Positions 1-12,980 of a stretch of 64,000 nucleotides of DNA are shown here, piece after piece. The notes beneath the pieces are model-generated. The model did no database searches. It was not told the DNA's origin and saw nothing but the letters and a program-made list of their open reading frames with translations. The position numbers and the translations under genes were made by a program. Numbering within the stretch: the first letter of the stretch is position 1; each line of letters starts with the position of its first letter. The stretch is from Takakia lepidozioides (lineage: Eukaryota; Plantae; Bryophyta): the NCBI GenBank assembly GCA_030704615.1, contig CM060732.1, positions 73,222,001-73,286,000 of the forward strand, read 5' to 3'.

Positions 1-790
1 CTTGTCCTTCTGGCTGTTTGGATTCAACCTCATCCAGAGCATCAAACCGATTAGAAACTCTCAAGTTGAAGTTGTTGCCCTTGGTTGTCTTCCTAGAGCG
101 CCCCATTGAATCACCAATGTCTAAGACCACTCTCCAGCCAGTCAAGGGACGAACTTCTTTGAGATTGAATTGATGCGGGACTCTATTAGAAGCACTTTTG
201 GTCATTGCAACCTTCAACGTACCCCTGTTATCAAGTCTCGAGATGGTACCATTAGCCATGAAATCCAAGCCTAAGCTAGAGCATGTAGTTTTAAAGGACA
301 CATCGTCCATCCTGGGATTCACCCCAAAAACTACACATGAAGCCCTAGATTTGGCATAAGTAACCAATTCCCAGGTATCACCCTGAGGAGTATTGATGTT
401 GATAGGAGCTAAATTTTTTATTGTTTTCGCAGGCCATAAGTTTAAGCACAGGAACCAACCCGAGCCCAAGTGCCGAGTATGCTAGACAGAGCATACGACT
501 GCCCAATTTGGGCGGAGGGGCTGCCCCCAAGCGGTAGGAGTCTGCATGTTACCATTCAGAGATCACACTCCAGGGAGTTGCAGGGAATGGCCCGTGTAGG
601 CATATTCTAAAGAGGGAAAGGCCCCAAGCTTTCCAACTAAATCCAATGCACTACCTTACCTGAAGCAAAGCGCTTCAGGTCGAAACAAACAAGAACACGA
701 GGTCACAAGGCCAGCATTTAGTCACAGAGACATTAATGTACTCCCGTTTCAAGTCCACCCAATGTCAATAGGCTTCCTAGAGGACAGGGA
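1..790 (-). mobile_element. 5' end (5' UTR plus degenerate ORF start) of a probable non-LTR retrotransposon, in an ECM29 intron
   Basis: Reverse complement of ~430-790 aligns with 63624-63985; both start TCCCTGTCCTCTAGG. A frameshifted ORF follows (MACENNK..LAPININTPQGDTWELVTYAKSRASCVVFGV...LRVSNRFDALDEV). SNRF is a common LINE N-terminal motif. Confidence 0.6.
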
Positions 791-845
791 TGTAGTACAC
801 GTAATATTGTCAGCTAATGAAATGAACCTCCCTTTTTCTGAGCAG

Positions 846-3200
846 GTCCTCAAAGCTTTTAAGGAGCGAGATCTCTATGAACAGGTGGCCCCACTTTTAC
901 TGGACATATGCATGCAATCTCCAGCTCGTAAGCAATCATCTCTGGTTGTGGGAGGTGCCAGTGGAGAAGGTACTCTTCTTGCACAATTGGACAGAATTAC
1001 TTTTGGACATCTGTAAACACATGCTATAAATTAGAGTTGCACTGCTTGAAGGCAGTAATCTGTTAGGTATGACAAATGGGCAGGTATGCAACTAAACAGT
1101 TCGAAAACTCATGCCCAATGACAACTAGCAGCATACCAGGACAAGGCTTCGTATTGAGACACTGTTAGGCAGGAACTTTCTGAGACCATAATTATATTAA
1201 GCTTATTTTATAACCACATTACATACTACCCACCCTCCCAGCCTCTACTCCACACATTCATTTGGCCACACAGGTCACAGGGTTAATCATGTCCGATGAG
1301 ATCAAGCTCAAGATTGCTGAGAGACAGGCACTTCATAAGGATTGCTGTAATATCAAAAACAACAAAGATTTGTGCTCTATATATATATCAAATGCGCAAA
1401 GATGTTAATCAGCTAGTAACGTCTCAGTAAAAATTAATTTGGGAGAAGTTACACTGTGACATTAACCATGGTGGTAATGATACAAGATTCTGGTTGGCCT
1501 TACAACGCTTGTAAAGGCCGAAAAATGGCCAGCCAGTACAAGCTTGAAGGAATAATAATGGGGCAGTGGTGACGTCAACTGTTGACATCGTCGGGACCTT
1601 TGAAACTCACTACAGCATTCTTGGCTGTGAATCTAAACCTATTAGTGAGGGGTTCGGATAAGTGGGAACCCCACAAAAGGCTCCGGGAGGGGTTAGCCAT
1701 AAGGCAAGCCAAGGTTCGCAGGGAACAGCATGAGTACATTCTCTCTCTCCAACACATATACATGCACCCATATATATACATATATGTATATCTACTCGTC
1801 CTTCTTCTCTCTCCCTCTGCTCCAGTGCTGACGTTACTTCATCTGGCATTGCAGAAAATGATGAAGCAAAGGAGAGAAAAGCAGCAGTACCTGTTGAGAA
1901 GTCCCTGGCTTGCCTAGCAGCTAGCCTTAGTGCAGCAGCTCCAACCACAGCCACTGTCCATGGGAAGAGCATCACAGCAGCTTTGTTTGCAACTCTTGGT
2001 GTTGGTCATCCATGGCAGGGTATGTTGTGGGGCACTGATCTATGGGTAATGAAAAATGTAATGAGATGAGAGTGGGTTGAGAGAGATACTGATTGTGGGT
2101 AGTTGGGGGACAGAATCATGGACAAGATGGACTAGTAGACAACACTGAAACGCATGTGATGGGGTAGGATGGATGGTGTGATCTGATCTTTGTGCATATA
2201 ACTTCTTCCACGAGGATTATATTGTTTGTTAAATTTTCATGATGTAACTCTCTGCTGATGTGTGCAGTGAAACTAGCAGCCCTATCAGCTGTCAAGGTGT
2301 TTCTAGAGAAGCTTCGGGCAGCTGCTATAGGATCTTCAGATGATCCTTCTAGGACCTTGGCTACTGAATACACTCAAATTGAACAAGTAGGACCAGTCTA
2401 TTACCATTCTATTCATTATTGGGAAATATGCTTGACCACTTGGTTAAGTTGGGATTTTCTCTGCAACTCGTTTTGTTGTCAATTGGAAGTTCAGAAGTAT
2501 TAGCTGGGTTTGTCTCAAGCTGAACGTTCCTCTAGTAGATCTGAAGTATTACATACTGCGACTTTTGTTAGCTCATGAGGTGGCCTTATGTTTTTACCTA
2601 TCAGCATTCATGAAATCACTAGTGGACCTACTAACTGGTGAACAAAGGAGCTGAAGTACAAATGTCACTTTTAAAAGCACCGATTCCAGAGTTGCTTTTT
2701 GTTCCTCTAGTACTATTGCACACAATTTTACATGATTGGTTTATGTTCCTGGTGTTTAAACCCAGTAATTAAGAACTTCAGATATTGGAGCAAGGGCTTC
2801 TGTCACTGATCTGCTTCCTTTGATTGTTGTTGCAGTGGCTGGAACTGTTAATACCACCCACATTGGACTGCATTAGCAATGTCAAAATTGCACAGGTTTG
2901 CTGCGATGTCCCATACTAAATTTGCTGTCCTGTTTTTACAGTAAGGCAGTTTTTCGTGCGTCTTACATCTGGAATAAATTGGTTGTAATGCAGGTTTCTA
3001 GTGCGGCATTGGAGCGATTTTCCGAGATGATAGAAGTTGCAAATTTAGGTCCAGGCTTGCCAAGAGCTTTAAGTCAGTCTCTAGAAGAGAGGTTAGTTGA
3101 GGTGCACGGTCTAGAAAAAAATTCTGCTGTCAAATCACTGATAGCACGTAGTCTTGATATGTTGAAACATCACTCAACCTCCTCCCCAATGCAGGATTAA
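846..3200 (+). CDS. ECM29: Proteasome adapter/scaffold ECM29, 3' exons (846-969, 1855-2019, 2268-2386, 2836-2895, 2994-3200); 5' part outside window
   Basis: Phase-consistent GT-AG exons give VLKAFKERDLYEQVAPLLLDIC...LDCISNVKIAQVSSAALE...LEKNSAVKSLIARSLDML, resembling the plant ECM29 C-terminus (ECISTVKIAQVH...EKNEQAKSLL). Confidence 0.85.
1282..1750 (+). mobile_element. Old, internally deleted remnant of LINE family A (intronic)
   Basis: 1282-1640 aligns with 61045-61410. Ends ATGAGTACATTCTCTCTCTC like the family 3' end. Confidence 0.75.
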
Positions 3201-6008
3201 CAGTAAGCCATAGGATATTCTTGGTGTCAACAAGCAGGTCTGAAAGGTGTGGCTCCTTTTTGCTATCTGCTTGCAATCTAAACTCTGTTCTTTTCATAGT
3301 GAAACACAATAATGGTGATGGCATGAGGGGTCCTCATTGAATTTGAATCCGTCTTGCCTCGTAAGTCTGGAGTTTCTCGAAAACACTTTTACTGTTTTTC
3401 ATCCTCCCCGAAATGTATCCATCACAATGTATCCAAACATGCAATGAACTAACTAGTCCTATCTATTTTACTTAGACGCTAGGTGATGTCACATGAACTC
3501 GAGTCTTCATATCTCAGCTCTCTATTGTCATGTCTACTATCTTTTGGACAGTAATTTAACTAATTACCTTTCAAAAAATAGTTTTTTTTGTTTCTAACAA
3601 TAAAGTAGGGGCAAAGGCCCTGGGAAACCCCCCAGTCCACCATAAGGCACACACCGTATTCAGTGAGATGCGAACTAACCCCCTCCAGAGAGGGCAGCAA
3701 AGAACGCAACTTGGCCAAAAGGCCCTAAGAACAAGAGAAAAACCAATGAGCCACCAATGAGTGGCATCATTGAACAGACAAGGAGAGTAGCAGAGCAGAC
3801 AAGAGTTCGGCTCCTGCATGGGAACTCTCTGAGGTGTTTTCTGGTCTTTTTTTCTACCAAGTCCTGTAGGTCTTCTGAGCCTTCATTGGAGATGTGCTTA
3901 GCAGAATATTCCTTTCTATCTCATCCCCTTATCTTGATCGTCCTTTTGACTCCGCTTCAAACAATGCGCAAGTGGACAGGCTACACACCTGCAACCAATT
4001 CCAGCTCTGGGCATCTTCAGTGGTAGTGGAGCAGTACACAAGTGACATCCGGAGGGGGAGAGATGTTGAAAGAGAGAGAGAGGATCACGCTCCAACAATT
4101 TTGTGACCCATGTACAGTCAGCCCTCCATATCGGTGAACTCCATAAGCGTTAAAAAACTATATGTGTTAGCATAATTCTTACTCCTACTTGGGTGAACTA
4201 AGCAAGCATTAAGTGTTTAACTGTAACAACTGGCCCCTCTTTGTATAATGACCACGTGTATGTGTTAAAGTGCACGTCATTCACTCAAGTTAAGTCTATG
4301 ATCAACTCAAGTGGGCATATATAAAGGAGCTTAATAATAGAGACTCCAGTGGACAAACATTAACTTAGTGAAAGCTGAAAGCTTGAAATATTGCAAAATT
4401 TCTTGCAGCAGAGGTCGACAGATGTTATGCACTTGGTAGACAAATTAGAGAAATTTGCAAAGGGTGTAGAGAAGTTGAGAATGTCACATTCACATCAGAC
4501 ATGTATAGAATCTTTCTTCCAACCTTCACTGCCTGTAGATCATCAGCCATGATGGCGATTTTTCCCTTCTCGTAGTTCTATTAACGTGAACTTTTTTTTA
4601 GGGCTCCCCATGTAAGAGTGAACTTTATAAATGTTACTTTTCATTGATCTTCAATTTGTATATGTTAAAGTGTTACAATCCTTTACGTGTTACAGTTTTT
4701 CTTACTCCCAAATATTAATGCTAAGATTTTCATGATGTTATACACTAAGATTGACAAAAAGAGTGTTATTTCTTATTTGTTATTGAATACCTACTCTCCT
4801 CTTTGTTAAAACACCTCTATAGTTGTTACATTCAATATACACCTCTAAACTAGTTGGATAAGATAAGGAGTAATCCATTCTGGCCACTAACAAATCACCT
4901 CCGTGAATAACAGCCCCTGAAGTTGGTGACACACTCAGTTAAGTAAGGTTAACACCAGTGTGGTCTAGTATCGAATTGGAAGTACCATAAGGGTCCTTGT
5001 ATCTAGTGCTATTTACTTGTAAGGCAGGTAGGTTTCCAATAATGCAGCCCCTGAATTTCAAGTACGAATCTGGTATGCATAGGTGGTTTTCCAAAAAAAA
5101 TCAATCCGGATATGAGCAATGGTATTTGAATGTCAATAACCTGGAAATATGAACTCGGATATGGTTTTAAAATAATAATAATAAAATGGTACTAGTATTC
5201 AAATTCAAATTGAATATTGAAATGGCCATTTGAATAGCTTGGCAAATGACCCATTTGAATAAATCACATGTTATCTTGCATCTGAAGGACCTGTTTTAAT
5301 GTTAATTTTTCAATTGTTTCGTTATGAAATTTCAACCTATTTTACTGTTATTTGATGTAACTGCCTAATTGTTATAGAGTCTACATTCTTGGAGCATAAT
5401 AATTATCCAGGTTTGACAGTACAACACACAAAAGCAGGCTACTTGATAGTACCACAGAGCGGCAAAATTTGACATTTATGTACTGTTCCTCGTGAAAATT
5501 GGCTAATACTCCATACTCCATTTTCACTCGTTGGATTTACAGGCCGATTAAGGCCATTTTTTAATCAAGATTGTCCCATATTTCCCTGGCTATGGCCCAG
5601 TGGAAGATAGTTTTCATTAGGTTAACATCTACAACCTGATTTTGCGATTGAAAGAAAACTCACTTCAAACCCTTGCACAGAAAATACCGCAGACAAAAGA
5701 TCACAAAAACAGACAGTCATGAGGAATAAGCTCAGTCAGGCACCATAAACAAGTTCAAAAGAACTATTGCTACGAATGTGACCTTCCTTCCCTACCATGT
5801 GAGCAAACAATTTCAATAAGAAGTGATGTCCGTAGTGTAGGACCTCATTTTCTCAAACATCTTGAGCTCGCCTAAAGCAGGTATGTACTGTTGGTGCCTG
5901 GTGAACAAACAGCCAGGAAGCAAAGGCCTTGGTCTGAAAACACCAGAAGAGCGGCCGGCTCCAGTTATACCTGAATAGAAGGCTTGTCGTGGTGGCCCAG
6001 GTTGGAGG

Positions 6009-6262
6009 TGTTAGAATTTAGTAACTCTCTCAGCATGGCCCACTCGTGAGGTGGCTTCCCATGTGTTATTTATTTCAATTTAGTGTTAGTCAATACATTA
6101 GTTGCTTTCCAGGTTTACATTCCCGGTTTATTTGCTTTCCCCAACCACTATTGTTTACTACTAGTTAATGCACTCCTTCAGATAAGTAGGCTGCTCTTCA
6201 AGGGCTTTGTATTCCGGTTTGTATCGATCTATTGTTCAGTGAAGCATTCAGGATGTTTAACA
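6009..6262 (+). repeat. 5' LTR of copia element
   Basis: TGTTAGAA...TTTAACA; direct repeat of 11406-11647. Confidence 0.95.
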
Positions 6263-6274
6263 TGGTATCAGAGC
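6263..6274 (+). promoter_or_regulatory. Primer-binding site (tRNA-iMet)
   Basis: TGGTATCAGAGC directly after the 5' LTR. Confidence 0.95.
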
Positions 6275-6459
6275 GAGGGACAGCCGTGGGAATCGAAGTG
6301 TAGGAAGTCAATGTAGAAGACTTCAGACATGTAGCTCAGTACGCTCCGTCTCATTGACTAGGAAGAGTCAATTCTTATTTGCTGTTTCTTCTTATTTCTT
6401 CTTCTTCTTCCTCTTTGTATCTTTCTTTTTCTTGAAATATACTAACATCATTGCTCAAG

Positions 6460-9400
6460 ATGTCGATGCCACTAGATGCAGTCCATCAAATCCATGTCTC
6501 AGAGTCGAGTAAACTTGTTGGGCAACAGAACTGGAACATCTGGAAGTTCAAACTCCAAACCATGATGCTCAGAGAGGAACTAGTTCCTTTCTTAGACACA
6601 GATATTTCACCTCTTGAGGGACAACTAGAAGCTCACAACAAGAGAAAGAACATAGTTCTTTCTATCATTTGTATGTCTCTCTCTCATAAGGTCATTCCTT
6701 ACATACAAGATATTACATGTCCCAGGAAGATGTATGTGAAGCTTTGTGAGCTTTATGAGGTCAAGGCCACTTCCAGGAAGCTGATGCTACAAAATCGCCT
6801 TGTGAACCTACGAATGGAGGAAGGCACGCCTATGGAAGTATTCATTGAAACAATATCTGACATTGTGAATCAACTTGCAGGATTCGGAGATAAGATGGAC
6901 GAGGAAATGATGGTCAAAATGGTGCTCAATACCTTGCCAAAAAGCTACGCATTATGTTCAAGTTGTACTGAGCCAGAAGGAGTTGCCGATCTTAGAGGAG
7001 ATCACTGCTAAACTCCTTCACGAGAAGTCTCGAAGAGACTTGCGAGGGCGTCAACAGAAAGAAACTGAAGCTCTCTATGTTAATTTCCAGAAGATGAATG
7101 GTCCTAGCCGTCGTTTTGGAGGTGACAAAAGAGGCTCCAGAGCTCCAATCGATAAGAAGAATTTCACATGCAATCGTTGTGGAAAGTCTGGTCACTGGGC
7201 TAAAGACTGTGTTGTTCTATATGATCAGGTTCTTAAGCTTCGCTCACAACAGATCAACCTTGTTGAAGATGATAGCGATAGTGACTATAGTGATGTCAGT
7301 GAACTCGAAGCAGCTTTAGCAGCCGTAGAAGTTGGAGAAAATAATGAAGTACTATCAGCAGAGATCATTAATCAAAACGAATGGTTTGTTGACTCCGGTG
7401 CTACAAAACACGTCACAGGAAATTTCGATCTTCTGCATGATGTGGTAGCATGTGGAAGCTCACACAATGTGAAATCAGCTGGTGGGCATGCACACAATGT
7501 TCTTGGCAAAGGCCATGCTAAAATGAGACTGAATGGTTCAATTAAAAAAATCACTGACGTTCTCTACGTACCTGGTATAAGATGAAATTTATTTTCAGTG
7601 GGGGCCATGATCGACAGTGGACATTTAGCAGTCTTTGATTCTAGAAAGTGCTTATTTATAGATATGAAGGACCCTACCAAGATCATAGCTCAAGGAACTA
7701 AAGATAGTCGAAATGGCTTATATAGACTAGATACAAGCAAGTTTCTTGGAAATCGCAGCTCTATACTAGAAAAGACTTGGAAGTAAATGCCTGTGATGAG
7801 GTTATTATACCACACATAGATTATGTCGCGCACCTCACTTCGGTAAGCCCCCCTTCAAGTCATAGTTACTCGCTTTGATGCGCGCGCCTGACTCCCAACC
7901 TGGCCGCCGGGCCAACTTGGAGCTTTGGCTGCTCACCGGGACATAACGGTCCCCTTTCGCTCCCCCGAAAGACCCTCCACCTATTTGGGACCAGCGGAAT
8001 TCCCTTTGGTAGATGGCAGTCCGGAACAGCTCCCCACTCTTTGGTCGCTTTCCGGCTCGCTCGCTTACTCACTAGTTTTTGGTCACCAACGGGCTTGCAC
8101 CGTTCTCGGGGTTACTACTCCCTATATATACTTCTGTAGCTGTCCGCGGGGGTTCCACAAACAGCCATGCCATTTTATGGTGAACCACCACGAAGACCCT
8201 CGATTCCCGGTGGTGAGTCGCGGTGAGTCTTGGCCCACTCACCGCGGCCCCAATGGACCGTGATGAGTCTCAAGACTCCCCACGACTCCCACCTCGAGGT
8301 CTCCACCCCATGGTGAGTCCTATGCCACCCCCACTAAGTCCCGCTAAGCTACCACCACCCCTTGTGGAGCCACCCCTACCGCAACCCGGTGTGCGGGGCT
8401 CCACCTAGTGAGCGCCTCCGCTTCCTTGAGTGCCTTGGGCACTCAAGGGTGCTTCAGCCCCCATACCTATCGCTGCCGCTGCCCCCACCACAGGGGCAGC
8501 CCCTTATGTGTCTCGACCCCCTGCCCTCAAGGCAAAGGGCCGCGACAGATTATCATAGAATGACTCAACTTTGGCATCGACGCTTGGGTCACCTAAATTT
8601 TCAGGGGGTCCACCAGTTATCAACTCAACAGCGAGCTGTGGGTATACCACACCTTTCACTTCTCACAAAAACATGCACGGGTTGCTTACTAGGGAAACAT
8701 CAACGAAAGAAATTTTCAAAGGAAGATGAATATAGAGCTACTGATATACTCCAACTGCTACACACGGACCTCTGTGGTCCTCTGCAAACACCATCGTTCT
8801 CCGGCTCAAAATACTTCATGGCCATTACTGATGATTATAGCCGATACACATGGGTGTATTTTTTGGGGAGGAAGGATGAGGCTCTACAAAGCTTCAAGAC
8901 TTTCAGAAACATGATCAGGAATACGACTGGCAAGACGATCAAATGTTTGAGAACAGATCATGGTGGTGAATTTATGTCTCATGCTCATGCTTTCACCAAA
9001 TATCTCCATGAGCATGGGAATACACGGCAGCTCAGTCAGCCTCACATACCTCAGCAGAACGGTGTCTCAGCAGAAAAATCTCACTCTACTTGAATGTGCA
9101 AGGAGTATGGTACTTGAAGCTGATCTACCTAAGTTCCCGTGGTCAGAAGCTGTGAATACAGTTGCTTATCTGATCAATCGGTGCCCTTCACATGCAAATG
9201 CTGGTATGACTCCACATGAGAAATTTACAGGTAGTAAGCCGGTAATTTTTCATCTCCGTATTTTTGGCAGCAAGTCTTTTGTTTATGTTGATAAGCAATA
9301 GTTTGCATCCTCGTTGGTTATGACATTGAGACCAAGGCGTACAGATTATTCAATCCTACCACACGTAAGGTCTTTGTCAGCCGAGATGTGAAGTTTATCG

Positions 9401-11271
9401 AGAAGATTCCTGCAGTTGCTCAAGGAGATGTACCGAAAGGGGAGCGGCACTCCGATCCAGGTCAAATGGAGGAAGGGAATGATGATTCATCTAAATCAGT
9501 GGTAATTTTACCAGATTTACCGACCCCTCCTACTACTGACGTTAATGTTGATCTTCAACTTGACCCAGAAGATGATGTGCACATTCACAATGAGAAAATT
9601 GTACCTGCTCAAACAGCTCTCGAGCAAGTCGTCACTCCAGTGCATACGATTGAACGTAGGTCAACGAGGATTTGTCGAAGGCCAGTTCTCTTGGATGACT
9701 ATGTGAATGTGGTTGAGATTGAAGAACTGCAAATTTTCATGAAGCTTCTCAGGTGGAAGGCTGGTGCAATGCAATGCAGTCAGAAATGGACTCAATTTCT
9801 AAGAATAAAACTTGGGAATTAGTGGATCTTCCTCCTGGAAAAACTCTGATCATAGCTAAGTGGGTTTACAAATTTAAGCAAAAAGTTGATGGGTCACCTG
9901 ACATACTCAAAGCAAGGCTGGTTGCGCGTGGTTTCCAACAGCGCGAGGGGATTGATTATGACGAGACGTTTGCCCCTGTGGTGAAATGGACAACTATGCG
10001 ATCGATTGTTGCACTTGCCGCATACTCCAATTGGGAAATCTTTCACATGGATGTCAAAACTGCGTTCTTGAATGGCGAGTTGAAAGACTCAATTTATATG
10101 AGACAACAAGAGGGTTTTCAAAAGCCATTTCATGAAACTAAGGTATGAAAATTGTTGAAGGCACTTTACGGTCTCAAGCAAGCACCAATGCAAAGATTGA
10201 TTCTTTCCTTCAATCTCAAGGCCTTAACCGCTCTGATGCTGATTACAATCTCTACTATTACAAAGAAAATGGAAAATTGTTTTGCTAATTTTTTATGTGG
10301 ATGATTTATTGATCACTGGCAGTCACTCAGAGAAGATCGCTTGGCTGCGTGAACAACTCAAGCTTGCTTATGAAATGACTGATCTTGGCCTAATACAACT
10401 GTATCTAGCAGTTGAATTTCTTCATCTCGAAGAAGGCATCATGATCACTCAGAGGGGGTATGCTAAGAAAATGTTTGTTGAGTTTGGGTTCTCTAATTGC
10501 AATCCACACAAAGTGCCTATGATTGAGAATCTCAATTTGTCAATTGACATGGGCACCCCCTTGGCAGATGCAACGTTATATCGAAGCAAGGTAGGCAAGC
10601 TTGTTTACTTGACGAATACCAGGCCCGACTTGGTATAACCAGTTGGCGCAGTGAGTCGTTACATGGAGATACCACAGAAGTCTCACATGGATGTAGTCGA
10701 TCACATCTTGCAATATGTCGCTAGTACAGTGGATTATGGAATTTTATATCGAAGGGGATCAAGTACTATGCTAAATGGTCACATAGATGCAGATTGGGCG
10801 GACGAGAGTGATAGTCGATACTCCACCTCAGGATATGTTTTCAGAATGGGAGAAAAGTGCAATCACTTGGAGCTCCAAAAAACAACCAACTATGGCGTTG
10901 TCATCCACCGAAGCCGAAAACCGTGCGCTCACTGAAGGTGCCAAAGAGACGACCTGGTTGCGAAGACTGCATGAGGAGTTGGATATTCTACAGGATGGAC
11001 CAACTGTGTGGTCAAATGTGACAATCAGAGTAGTGCAAAGATTGCTCGAAACCTAGTCTTCCATGCACGCACAAAACACATCGAGGTACATTACCACTAT
11101 GTCCGCGAGAAGATTGAAAGTCAAGAAGTTGAATTGATTCATGTGGCCACACAAGATCAAATCGCTGATATTATGACTAAACCATTGGGAAGGCAAAAGT
11201 TTGAGAAATTTAGAGCAACATTGGGTGTCTGTAGTCTGTCCGAGATCAACAGCAAAAGAAAACTCAACTGA
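6460..11271 (+). pseudogene. Copia gag-pol polyprotein, frameshifted and stopped
   Basis: Zn knuckle CNRCGKSGHWAKDC; protease WFVDSGATKH; GAG-pre-integrase LWHRRLGH; integrase HTDLCGP/DDYSR/RTDHGGEF/PQQNGV; RT KARLVARGF, MDVKTAFLNG, YVDD; RNase H DADW, SSTEAE, CDNQS, RTKHI. Confidence 0.95.
7824..8547. mobile_element. Solo LTR of a second retrotransposon nested in the copia pol
   Basis: 724-bp GC-rich insert with inverted termini TGTCGCG...CGCGACA and 5-bp TSD GATTA (7819-7823, 8548-8552); TATA-like CTATATATA near 8122. Confidence 0.85.
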
Positions 11272-11391
11272 GAGAAACTGTCGACAGCTCTCTATCTACT
11301 CCTCATCATGGTTTCTCTTGTATTCTCGATATGATTTCTTCTTCCTGCCTATGCACTCAACGAATAGAAAGAAAAAACCCGTAAGATGCTG

Positions 11392-11405
11392 AGATTGAGA
11401 GGGGG
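11392..11405 (+). promoter_or_regulatory. Polypurine tract
   Basis: AGATTGAGAGGGGG directly before the 3' LTR. Confidence 0.85.
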
Positions 11406-11647
11406 TGTTAGAATTTAGTAACTCTCTTAGCATGGCCCACTCGTGAGGTGGCCTCCTATTTCAATTTAGTGTTAGTCAATACATTAGTTGCTTTCCAGGT
11501 TTACATTCCTGGTTTATAGGCTTTCCCCAATCACTATTGTTTACTACTAGTTAATGCACTCCTTCAGATAAGTAGGCTGCTCTCCAAGGGCTTTGTATTC
11601 CGGTTGTATCGATCTACTGTTCAGTGAAGCATTCATGATGTTTAACA
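11406..11647 (+). repeat. 3' LTR of copia element
   Basis: Repeat of 6009-6262 with several substitutions and a ~12-bp indel. Confidence 0.95.
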
Positions 11648-11874
11648 GGAGGTGGTCTCGCGCGGTCCCTGCCCGACAGCAGTGTCTGTGGATTGATGAG
11701 CGTGAAGGCATCTATGACCACTTTCCCCTTCTCATTCTGGATAGGATAATCGACCACCGCAACTGCCCCTGGATTCAATGCCTCAAAACTCCGTACACAT
11801 GATAGGATCTTCCCGGGTCAGACGGCATGTAAATCCCAAGAAGAATGGTGCACACATTGGCAACTCGCTGTGGC

Positions 11875-11940
11875 AACTTTGTTTGGCATCACCCAGAGTG
11901 TATAATTTGCTCATATATCTTCCAGGCCTCCCTACCACTT
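11875..11940 (-). pseudogene. Short PPR P-motif fragment
   Basis: GREAWKIYEQII..VMPNKV resembles the P motifs of the 38-41 kb gene. Confidence 0.6.
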
Positions 11941-12187
11941 CTCAAATTTCTCAAAATTACGTGTACATTTGGTTCCTAATGAAGCGTTCTGTGTTGGAGT
12001 GCCTCGTTTGGCTGTTGGGATTGAGACATGTACTTGAACCTGCACAGTAGATTGGAATTTGACTTCAGCTTGATAATGTATATGAAAGGTTGCCTATTAT
12101 TATCTGAGACACCTTCATGTTTGTGGGCTAGGCTTGGCACTGTTTGATCTCTTTTGGTTCTCAATAAATTCAAAGTTTTTTTTGAAA

Positions 12188-12577
12188 ATCTCAAACCTCC
12201 TCCATCTTGCATTGGAAATTAACACCAAAATATTATGCAATATCTTATCAATTTTCTCTTTTACCATAGATTTTTTTTTTTTTTTTTTGGGGTACATATT
12301 GAAGAACATCATATATTCATTAAAACCATTAAATTATATATTAATGGAAATAACTATCCATACCTGGAAACTATTCATACCCTCAGGGTATATTTTGGCA
12401 TATATATCCATACCCGGGGGTTATATAGAAATCTGAAAAGTTAATTTACCCATACCCGGAGGATAAATATTTTTTTGAGATTTCAATTTATCCATACCCG
12501 GAGGGTAAATGATTTGACAAAAATAACTTACTTATACCCTAAGGGTATATTGAAATTAATATACCCGCACAACACTG
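12188..12577 (-). mobile_element. One end of the hAT-type MITE
   Basis: Reverse complement of 43448-43835; ends in TIR ...ATACCCGCACAACACTG followed by GTATCTAC; many ATACCC/GGGTAT subterminal motifs. Confidence 0.8.
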
Positions 12578-12980
12578 GTATCTACCTTGGTACAGAATAT
12601 GTAGATAGAAGTTGGTTATGAAAGTGAGTTGTAGCAACAAAGGGGTGGCTGCAGTCTCGGTGCCAGGAATTGAATCCGTTCTACACTTGGGCCACGCTGC
12701 TCTTCTCTTACTTTCCTGCCGACATGCAAACTCATTTCTTAGCCTTTTGAGAACCCGCGCTGGTTGGCGCCCCACAAGATTAGTCAAGTTGGTTGCCATA
12801 CATGACGAGTTTTCCAGAATTTGGGAGCGGATTTCAGTGATATGCAGATGGTTAAACTGAAAGCGCATATTTGTACATTATACTTGTGGGTGGGTAGATC
12901 GTAGATTCGCTTGGGCAGACTATAAGCAAAACGACCCACAAAACGGGAGCCCAACAGGAGACAAACAGGGAAAAGATGGA

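Larger units (their letters stand above)
6009..11647 (+). mobile_element. Full-length, degenerate Ty1/copia LTR retrotransposon
   Basis: TG...CA LTRs at 6009-6262 and 11406-11647; TSD GGAGG (6004-6008, 11648-11652); iMet PBS; PPT; gag-PR-IN-RT-RH order. Confidence 0.97.
5971..11790 (-). pseudogene. RPN11: Isolated RPN11 (PSMD14) exon, split by the copia insertion (11790-11653 and 6008-5971)
   Basis: With small frameshifts, reads [38 protein letters not shown]...TSNLGHHDKPSIQ followed by a GT donor. Matches RPN11 [36 protein letters not shown]...TTSNLGHLNKPSIQ. Confidence 0.85.

Noticed and set aside
735-790. Hammerhead-like pieces at the element 5' end (TCCC-T-GTC ... GAAACGGGA, minus strand)
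   Set aside because: No CUGANGA core or stem I, and the second copy has GATAC instead of GAAAC.
846-11790. Proteasome gene cluster (ECM29 plus RPN11)
   Set aside because: RPN11 is a single dead exon; adjacency is probably coincidental.
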